A stretch of DNA of 64,000 bases. It comes from Hormiphora californensis. Its lineage: Eukaryota > Animalia > Ctenophora. The notes under the pieces were generated by a model that worked only from the letters and a program-made list of their open reading frames with translations, was not told the DNA's origin and ran no database searches. The position numbers were made by a program, and so were the translations under genes. Positions 49,101 to 61,100 of the stretch are shown here, in pieces (the stretch's first letter is position 1; the number at the start of each line of letters is the position of its first letter). The stretch spans positions 6,319,404 through 6,383,403 of the forward strand of contig CM035362.1 of the NCBI GenBank assembly GCA_020137815.1, in the 5' to 3' direction.

Positions 49101-52100
49101 TCTCCTACTACCATGATCCCATCATTATAATCTTGGCACCATGTGTCTCCTACTACCATGATCCCATCATTATAATCTTGGCACCATGTGTCTCCTACTA
49201 CCATGATCCCATCATTATAATATTGGCACCATGTGTCTCCTACTACCATGATCCCATCATTATAATATTGGCACCATGTGTCTCCTACTACCATGATTCC
49301 ATATCATTATAATCTTGGCACCATGTGTCTCCTACTACCATGATCCCATCATTATAATATTGGCACCATGTGTCTCCTACTACCATGATTCCATCATTAT
49401 AATCTTGGCACCATGTGTCTCCTACTACCATGATTCCATATCATTATAATCTTGGCACCATGTGTCTCCTACTACCATGATCCCATCATTATAATATTGG
49501 CACCATGTGTCTCCTACTACCATGATTCCATCATTATAATCTTGGCACCATGTGTCTCCTACTACCATGATCCCATCATTATAATCTTGGCACCATGTGT
49601 CTCCTACTACCATGATCCCATCATTATAATATTGGCACCATGTGTCTCCTACTACCATGATCCCATCATTATAATCTTGGCACCATGTGTCTCCTACTAC
49701 CATGATCCCATCATTATAATCTTGGCACCATGTGTCTCCTACTACCATGATTCCATATCATTATAATATTGGCACCATGTGTCTCCTACTACCATGATCC
49801 CATCATTATAATCTTGGCACCATGTGTCTCCTACTACCATGATCCCATCATTATAATATTGGCACCATGTGTCTCCTACTACCATGATCCCATCATTATA
49901 ATCTTGGCACCATGTGTCTCCTACTACCATGATCCCATCATTATAATATTGGCACCATGTGTCTCCTACTACCATGATCCCATCATTATAATCTTGGCAC
50001 CATGTGTCTCCTACTACCATGATCCCATCATTATAATATTGGCACCATGTGTCTCCTACTACCATGATTCCATATCATTATAATATTGGCACCATGTGTC
50101 TCCTACTACCATGATCCCATCATTATAATATTGGCACCATGTGTCTCCTACTACCATGATCCCATCATTATAATCTTGGCACCATGTGTCTCCTACTACC
50201 ATGATCCCATCATTATAATATTGGCACCATGTGTCTCCTACTACCATGATTCCATCATTATAATCTTGGCACCATGTGTCTCCTACTACCATGATCCCAT
50301 CATTATAATCTTGGCACCATGTGTCTCCTACTACCATGAACCCATCATTATAATATTGGCACCATGTGTCTCCTACTACCATGATCCCATCATTATAATC
50401 TTGGCACCATGTGTCTCCTACTACCATGATCCCATCATTATAATATTGGCACCATGTGTCTCCTACTACCATGATCCCATCATTATAATATTGGCACCAT
50501 GTGTCTCCTACTACCATGATCCCATCATTATAATATTGGCACCATGTGTCTCCTACTACCATGATCCCATCATTATAATATTGGCACCATGTGTCTCCTA
50601 CTACCATGATCCCATCATTATAATCTTGGCACCATGTGTCTCCTACTACCATGATCCCATCATTATAATATTGGCACCATGTGTCTCCTACTATACCATG
50701 ATCCATCATTATAATATTGGCACCATGTGTCTCCTACTACCATGATCCCATCATTATAATCTTGGCACCATGTGTCTCCTACTACCATGATCCCATCATT
50801 ATAATCTTGGCACCATGTGTCTCCTACTACCATGATCCCATCATTATAATATTGGCACCATGTGTCTCCTACTACCATGATCCCATCATTATAATCTTGG
50901 CACCATGTGTCTCCTACTACCATGATCCCATCATTATAATATTGGCACCATGTGTCTCCTACTACCATGATCCCATCATTATAATCTTGGCACCATGTGT
51001 CTCCTACTACCATGATCCCATCATTATAATCTTGGCACCATGTGTCTCCTACTACCATGATCCCATCATTATAATCTTGGCACCATGTGTCTCCTACTAC
51101 CATGATCCCATCATTATAATCTTGGCACCATGTGTCTCCTACTACCATGATCCCATCATTATAATCTTGGCACCATGTGTCTCCTACTACCATGATCCCA
51201 TCATTATAATCTTGGCACCATGTGTCTCCTACTACCATGATCCCATCATTATAATATTGGCACCATGTGTCTCCTACTACCATGATCCCATCATTATAAT
51301 ATTGGCACCATGTGTCTCCTACTACCATGATCCCATCATTATAATATTGGCACCATGTGTCTCCTACTACCATGATCCCATCATTATAATATTGGCACCA
51401 TGTGTCTCCTACTACCATGATTCCCATCATTATAATCTTGGCACCATGTGTCTCCTACTACCATGATCCCATCATTATAATCTTGGCACCATGTGTCTCC
51501 TACTACCATGATCCCATCATTATAATCTTGGCACCATGTGTCTCCTACTACCATGATCCCATCATTATAATATTGGCACCATGTGTCTCCTACTACCATG
51601 ATCCCATCATTATAATATTGGCACCATGTGTCTCCTACTACCATGATCCCATCATTATAATATTGGCACCATGTGTCTCCTACTACCATGATCCCATCAT
51701 TATAATATTGGCACCATGTGTCTCCTACTACCATGATCCCATCATTATAATCTTGGCACCATGTGTCTCCTACTACCATGATCCCATCATTATAATATTG
51801 GCACCATGTGTCTCCTACTACCATGATCCCATCATTATAATCTTGGCACCATGTGTCTCCTACTACCATGATCCCATCATTATAATATTGGCACCATGTG
51901 TCTCCTACTACCATGATCCCATCATTATAATCTTGGCACCATGTGTCTCCTACTACCATGATCCCATCATTATAATCTTGGCACCATGTGTCTCCTACTA
52001 CCATGATCCCATCATTATAATATTGGCACCATGTGTCTCCTACTACCATGATTCCATCATTATAATCTTGGCACCATGTGTCTCCTACTACCATGATCCC

Positions 52101-55100
52101 ATCATTATAATATTGGCACCATGTGTCTCCTACTACCATGATCCCATCATTATAATCTTGGCACCATGTGTCTCCTACTACCATGATCCCATCATTATAA
52201 TATTGGCACCATGTGTCTCCTACTACCGTGATCCCATCATTATAATCTTGGCACCATGTGTCTCCTACTACCATGATCCCATCATTATAATATTGGCACC
52301 ATGTGTCTCCTACTACCATGATCCCATCATTATAATATTGGCACCATGTGTCTCCTACTACCATGATCCAATCATTATAATATTGGCACCATGTGTCTCC
52401 TACTACCATGATCCCATCATTATAATCTTGGCACCATGTGTCTCCTACTACCATGATTCCATCATTATAATCTTGGCACCATGTGTCTCCTACTACCATG
52501 ATCCCATCATTATAATCTTGGCACCATGTGTCTCCTACTACCATGATCCCATCATTATAATCTTGGCACCATGTGTCTCCTACTACCATGATCCCATCAT
52601 TATAATATTGGCACCATGTGTCTCCTACTACCATGATCCCATCATCTTGGCACCATGTGTCTCCTACTACCATGATCCCATCATTATAATCTTGGCACCA
52701 TGTGTCTCCTACTACCATGATCCCATCATTATAATCTTGGCACCATGTGTCTCCTACTACCATGATCCCATCATTATAATCTTGGCACCATGTGACTCCT
52801 ACTACCATGATCCCATCATTATAATATTGGCACCATGTGTCTCCTACTACCATGATTCCATATCATTATAATATTGGCACCATGTGTCTCCTACTACCAT
52901 GATCCCATCATTATAATCTTGGCACCATGTGTCTCCTACTACCGTGATCCCATCATTATAATATTGGCACCATGTGTCTCCTACTACCATGATCCCATCA
53001 TTATAATATTGGCACCATGTGTCTCCTACTACCATGATCCCATCATTATAATCTTGGCACCATGTGTCTCCTACTACCATGATCCCATCATTATAATATT
53101 GGCACCATGTGTCTCCTACTACCATGATTCCATCATTATAATCTTGGCACCATGTGTCTCCTACTACCATGATCCCATCATTATAATCTTGGCACCATGT
53201 GTCTCCTACTACCATGATCCCATCATTATAATATTGGCACCATGTGTCTCCTACTACCATGATCCCATCATTATAATCTTGGCACCATGTGTCTCCTACT
53301 ACCATGATCCCATCATTATAATATTGGCACCATGTGTCTCCTACTACCATGATTCCATCATTATAATATTGGCACCATGTGTCTCCTACTACCATGATCC
53401 CATCATTATAATCTTGGCACCATGTGTCTCCTACTACCATGATCCCATCATTATAATATTGGCACCATGTGTCTCCTACTACCATGATCCCATCATTATA
53501 ATATTGGCACCATGTGTCTCCTACTACCATGATCCCATCATTATAATCTTGGCACCATGTGTCTCCTACTACCATGATCCCATCATTATAATATTGGCAC
53601 CATGTGTCTCCTACTACCATGATCCCATCATTATAATATTGGCACCATGTGTCTCCTACTACCATGATCCCATCATTATAATCTTGGCACCATGTGTCTC
53701 CTACTACCATGATCCCATCATTATAATCTTGGCACCATGTGTCTCCTACTACCATGATCCCATCATTATAATCTTGGCACCATGTGTCTCCTACTACCAT
53801 GATCCCATCATTATAATATTGGCACCATGTGTCTCCTACTACCATGATTCCATCATTATAATATTGGCACCATGTGTCTCCTACTACCATGATCCCATCA
53901 TTATAATCTTGGCACCATGTGTCTCCTACTACCATGATCCCATCATTATAATATTGGCACCATGTGTCTCCTACTACCATGATCCCATCATTATAATATT
54001 GGCACCATGTGTCTCCTACTATACCATGATCCCATCATTATAATATTGGCACCATGTGTCTCCTACTACCATGATCCCATCATTATAATATTGGCACCAT
54101 GTGTCTCCTACTATACCATGATCCCATCATTATAATATTGGCACCATGTGTCTCCTACTACCATGATCCCATCATTATAATCTTGGCACCATGTTTCTCC
54201 TACTACCATGATCCCATCATTATAATATTGGCACCATGTGTCTCCTACTACCATGATCCCATCATTATAATCTTGGCACCATGTGTCTCCTACTACCATG
54301 ATCCCATCATTATAATCTTGGCACCATGTGTCTCCTACTACCATGATTCCATCATTATAATATTGGCACCATGTGTCTCCTACTACCATGATCCCATCAT
54401 TATAATCTTGGCACCATGTGTCTCCTACTACCATGATCCCATCATTATAATATTGGCACCATGTGTCTCCTACTACCATGATCCCATCATTATAATATTG
54501 GCACCATGTGTCTCCTACTACCATGATTCCATATCATTATAATCTTGGCACCATGTGTCTCCTACTACCATGATCCCATCATTATAATCTTGGCACCATG
54601 TGTCTCCTACTACCATGATCCCATCATTATAATCTTGGCACCATGTGTCTCCTACTACCATGATCCCATCATTATAATATTGGCACCATGTGTCTCCTAC
54701 TACCATGATCCCATCATTATAATATTGGCACCATGTGTCTCCTACTACCATGATCCCATCATTATAATATTGGCACCATGTGTCTCCTACTACCATGATC
54801 CCATCATTATAATATTGGCACCATGTGTCTCCTACTACCATGATCCCATCATTATAATATTGGCACCATGTGTCTCCTACTACCATGATCCCATCATTAT
54901 AATCTTGGCACCATGTGTCTCCTACTACCATGATCCCATCATTATAATATTGGCACCATGTGTCTCCTACTACCATGATCCCATCATTATAATATTGGCA
55001 CCATGTGTCTCCTACTACCATGATCCCATCATTATAATCTTGGCACCATGTGTCTCCTACTACCATGATCCCATCATTATAATCTTGGCACCATGTGTCT

Positions 55101-58100
55101 CCTACTACCATGATCCCATCATTATAATCTTGGCACCATGTGTACTCCTACTACCATGATCCCATCATTATAATATTGGCACCATGTGTCTCCTACTACC
55201 ATGATTCCATATCATTATAATATTGGCACCATGTGTCTCCTACTACCATGATCCCATCATTATAATATTGGCACCATGTGTCTCCTACTACCATGATTCC
55301 ATATCATTATAATATTGGCACCATGTGTCTCCTACTACCATGATCCCATCATTATAATATTGGCACCATGTGTCTCCTACTACCATGATCCCATCATTAT
55401 AATATTGGCACCATGTGTCTCCTACTACCATGATTCCATCATTATAATCTTGGCACCATGTGTCTCCTACTACCATGATCCCATCATTATAATCTTGGCA
55501 CCATGTGTCTCCTACTACCATGATCCCATCATTATAATCTTGGCACCATGTGTCTCCTACTACCATGATCCCATCATTATAATCTTGGCACCATGTGTCT
55601 CCTACTACCATGATCCCATCATTATAATCTTGGCACCATGTGTCTCCTACTACCATGATTCCATCATTATAATATTGGCACCATGTGTCTCCTACTACCA
55701 TGATCCCATCATTATAATCTTGGCACCATGTGTCTCCTACTACCGTGATCCCATCATTATAATCTTGGCACCATGTGTCTCCTACTACCATGATCCCATC
55801 ATTATAATCTTGGCACCATGTGTCTCCTACTACCATGATCCCATCATTATAATATTGGCACCATGTGTCTCCTACTACCATGATCCCATCATTATAATAT
55901 TGGCACCATGTGTCTCCTACTATACCATGATCCCATCATTATAATATTGGCACCATGTGTCTCCTACTACCATGATTCCATCATTATAATATTGGCACCA
56001 TGTGTCTCCTACTACCATGATCCCATCATTATAATCTTGGCACCATGTGTCTCCTACTACCATGATCCCATCATTATAATCTTGGCACCATGTGTCTCCT
56101 ACTACCATGATCCCATCATTATAATCTTGGCACCATGTGTCTCCTACTACCATGATCCCATCATTATAATCTTGGCACCATGTGTCTCCTACTACCATGA
56201 TCCCATCATTATAATATTGGCACCATGTGTCTCCTACTACCATGATCCCATCATTATAATATTGGCACCATGTGTCTCCTACTACCATGATCCCATCATT
56301 ATAATCTTGGCACCATGTGTCTCCTACTACCATGATCCCATCATTATAATATTGGCACCATGTGTCTCCTACTACCATGATTCCATCATTATAATCTTGG
56401 CACCATGTGTCTCCTACTACCATGATCCCATCATTATAATATTGGCACCATGTGTCTCCTACTACCATGATTCCATATCATTATAATATTGGCACCATGT
56501 GTCTCCTACTACCATGATCCCATCATTATAATATTGGCACCATGTGTCTCCTACTACCATGATCCCATCATTATAATATTGGCACCATGTGTCTCCTACT
56601 ACCATGATCCCATCATTATAATCTTGGCACCATGTGTCTCCTACTACCATGATCCCATCATTATAATCTTGGCACCATGTGTCTCCTACTACCATGATCC
56701 CATCATTATAATCTTGGCACCATGTGTCTCCTACTACCATGATCCCATCATTATAATATTGGCACCATGTGTCTCCTACTACCATGATTCCATCATTATA
56801 AGATTGGCACCATGTGTCTCCTACTACCATGATCCCATCATTATAATATTGGCACCATGTGTCTCCTACTACCATGATCCCATCATTATAATCTTGGCAC
56901 CATGTGTCTCCTACTACCATGATCCCATCATTATAATCTTGGCACCATGTGTCTCCTACTACCATGATCCCATCATTATAATATTGGCACCATGTGTCTC
57001 CTCCCCCATAAAAAAGTCGCTTGGCAAATTCCCTCGTCGCTCGGCAATTGGTTCGGCAACAACAGGTGGTTTGCCGAGCCAGTCGCTCGGCTAATCAAGG
57101 AAGTCGCCGTGTTTTCACCGCGTTCTTACAGAAAAAGTACATTTTTTCAACACTTTTTTTCAAAATCTCCTGCTGAAAAATACAAAGTGCTGAAAAAATG
57201 TGCTTTTTCTGTAAGAACGCGGTGAAATCACGGAGACTTCCTTGATTAGCCGAGCGACTGGCTCGGCAAACCACCTGTTTTTGCCGAACCAATTGCCGAG
57301 CGACGAGGGAATTTGCCAAGCGACTTTTTTATGGGGGCTACTACCATGATCCCATCATTATAATATTGGCACCATGTGTCTCCTACTACCATGATCCCAT
57401 CATTATAATCTTGGCACCATGTGTCTCCTACTACCATGATCCCATCATTATAATCTTGGCACCATGTGTCTCCTACTACCATGATCCCATCATTATAATC
57501 TTGGCACCATGTGTCTCCTACTACCATGATTCCATCATTATAATCTTGGCACCATGTGACTCCTACTACCATGATCCCATCATTATAATATTGGCACCAT
57601 GTGTCTCCTACTACCATGATCCCATCATTATAATATTGGCACCATGTGTCTCCTACTACCATGATCCCATCATTATAATATTGGCACCATGTGTCTCCTA
57701 CTACCATGATCCCATCATTATAATATTGGCACCATGTGTCTCCTACTACCATGATCCCATCATTATAATATTGGCACCATGTGTCTCCTACTACCATGAT
57801 CCCATCATTATAATCTTGGCACCATGTGTCTCCTACTACCATGATCCCATCATTATAATCTTGGCACCATGTGTCTCCTACTACCATGATCCCATCATTA
57901 TAATATTGGCACCATGTGTCTCCTACTACCATGATCCCATCATTATAATATTGGCACCATGTGTCTCCTACTACCATGATCCCATCATTATAATCTTGGC
58001 ACCATGTGTCTCCTACTACCATGATCCCATCATTATAATCTTGGCACCATGTGTCTCCTACTACCGTGATCCCATCATTATAATCTTGGCACCATGTGTC

Positions 58101-61100
58101 TCCTACTACCATGATCCCATCATTATAATATTGGCACCATGTGTCTCCTACTACCATGATCCCATCATTATAATCTTGGCACCATGTGTCTCCTACTACC
58201 ATGATCCCATCATTATAATATTGGCACCATGTGTCTCCTACTACCATGATCCCATCATTATAATCTTGGCACCATGTGTCTCCTACTACCATGATCCCAT
58301 CATTATAATCTTGGCACCATGTGTCTCCTACTACCATGATCCCATCATTATAATCTTGGCACCATGTGTCTCCTACTACCATGATCCCATCATTATAATC
58401 TTGGCACCATGTGTCTCCTACTACCATGATCCCATCATTATAATATTGGCACCATGTGTCTCCTACTACCATGATCCCATCATTATAATATTGGCACCAT
58501 GTGTCTCCTACTACCATGATCCCATCATTATAATCTTGGCACCATGTGTCTCCTACTACCATGATTCCATCATTATAATATTGGCACCATGTGTCTCCTA
58601 CTACCATGATCCCATCATTATAATCTTGGCACCATGTGTCTCCTACTACCATGATCCCATCATTATAATCTTGGCACCATGTGTCTCCTACTACCATGAT
58701 CCCATCATTATAATATTGGCACCATGTGTCTCCTACTACCATGATCCCATCATTATAATCTTGGCACCATGTGTCTCCTACTACCATGATCCCATCATTA
58801 TAATCTTGGCACCATGTGTCTCCTACTACCATGATCCCATCATTATAATATTGGCACCATGTGTCTCCTACTACCATGATCCCATCATTATAATCTTGGC
58901 ACCATGTGTCTCCTACTACCATGATTCCATATCATTATAATCTTGGCACCATGTGTCTCCTACTACCATGATCCCATCATTATAATATTGGCACCATGTG
59001 TCTCCTACTACCATGATCCCATCATTATAATCTTGGCACCATGTGTCTCCTACTACCATGATCCCATCATTATAATCTTGGCACCATGTGTCTCCTACTA
59101 CCATGATCCCATCATTATAAGATTGGCACCATGTGTCTCCTACTACCATGATCCCATCATTATAATCTTGGCACCATGTGTCTCCTACTACCATGATCCC
59201 ATCATTATAATCTTGGCACCATGTGTCTCCTACTACCATGATTCCATATCATTATAATCTTGGCACCATGTGTCTCCTACTACCATGATCCCATCATTAT
59301 AATATTGGCACCATGTGTCTCCTACTACCATGATCCCATCATTATAATCTTGGCACCATGTGTCTCCTACTACCATGATCCCATCATTATAATCTTGGCA
59401 CCATGTGTCTCCTACTACCATGATCCCATCCCTAGGTGGGGTGTGGAGGAGCCAAGGAGGGTCCAGATAGTTGGTATCCCTGCATCTCCTTCTGGTGTCC
59501 TCAACCGATACAGTTAGTTAATGTGTTTGTGCTATATTCTTGGCTATAATTCCCTGAACATTTCTCTGAAATCTCAGGGAATCCATAGCCTCAGGTTTCA
59601 GGGGTAAATATCCTATCACCATGCCAGCAGCTACTAACGAACATCAGGAACCGACCGAATCAGGAAATGCTGGTCCCTGATTGGCTGATAACCAGTCACG
59701 TGACCTAAACAACGAGTTCTGATTGGTTGATTATTTGTGTCGGTCGGTTCCTAACGAACACATGGTTTCAGCTCGTCTGGCCAGCCTGTCAGTTGAGATC
59801 CCAGGTCGACAATGCTACATTATCGATTGTACCAACATACCATCCCTCTCCCTGGTATCCCTATCCTACCTCCTCTCTCATGATGGCGTTGAGAAAGTGG
59901 TGTTTGACTCTCGGGATCTTGTTGATTGCTTGGAAAGGTAATGTTGTATTGTTGTGTGAGCTTTTAGATACTGGAAAAACCGTCGAAGGCTCCTGTTGTT
60001 TTTGATTTCCAATGTTACAGAAATTGTATGAAATTCTTGGACTTTGATTACTTGCCCCATATCTCAATTGACTTTACATACATTCCCTTCATTCCTGCAG
60101 TCGTTATGATCATGGGCCATAATTCACGGAAATTATTATAATTTTACATTGTCTTCTTCTCCACCCAGACAGTACGATTTAACGTTATCCTGTCTATTGG
60201 ATCTCCAGGCTTGTGAGTTTGCCCTCCGGGGTGTAGTCCCCACCAAGGTAACTAGAATCTCTTCTTCGCACTCCGTATCTTGAATACTGCAGTAGCTATG
60301 TCAGAGCATTAAGGTAAATTTACCTGACCCTATTAATTATTATCGTATTTGCGAAAACCGCGGTCACACTGGCCTGACAGCTTCTGCTAAATATATTCTC
60401 TATTTCTCTAATTCGTTTCCCAACAGGCCCCACTACCATGTGATGCTATAATGAAGGGAGGTTCAGTTAGTCGTGTTGTACAACGAGATTCCCTATTTGC
60501 GGAGGGGCAATGTAGACGGCACTACCTCCCACCATCCTCCTCCTCTACACAAGACTCGACCACCCTCATCTCAACCCATACTTCTCACCACTCCTTCCTA
60601 TCTTCTCTCTACTCCGTTCTTTTGGAAGGTCCAACCACAGCCCCAATCCTGCCCCGTTCATATCTCAGAACCATCTCCCACCGACACAGCAGACTTCATA
60701 CAGACAAACCAACACGGAATGGTGATCTGTTCGATACCCACAATAGGATTTACAGCCACGTTATGACACGTGGAGCTGTGCTGGCTGTGATTGGTTGCGG
60801 TGTGTGTCATGTGATGCAGCCTGTGGACGGGTTTAACGATACTGAGCTGTATCAAAATAACAGGGGTTACCATGGTAACCATGGTAACAACAGTAACCAT
60901 GGCAACAGTGAGATCTACAGGTCATTAGCCGGTAGAGGAATCAGTGGACCTGTGTGTAAAGTGTGTAAAGTAATAGCAGAGAACGAGGAAAGAAAGGCAA
61001 TGACGGTGGGAATGGGAGATAAGAAAAAGAAAAGCTGCATGACATGTTTTTGAAATGTGGTGCTCCTTCATCAAATAATTTATGTTTGGCGGAATTTTGA

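Larger units (their letters stand above)
39232..59430. repeat. 45-bp intronic satellite, ~12.3 kb (~270 units), interrupted by a LINE and a MITE
   Basis: ttggcaccatgtgtctcctactaccatgatYccatcattataatM, with periodic 47-bp variants; ends 3 nt before the AG at 59434-59435. Confidence 0.98.

Noticed and set aside
1-59430. CRISPR-like appearance of the regular arrays
   Set aside because: No unique spacers, no cas genes, eukaryotic spliced context.
39180-59517. Long ORFs (MAPCVSYYHDPIIII)n and (MVVGDTWCQDYNDGI)n
   Set aside because: By-products of a 45-bp satellite, broken by 47-bp units, inside an intron.
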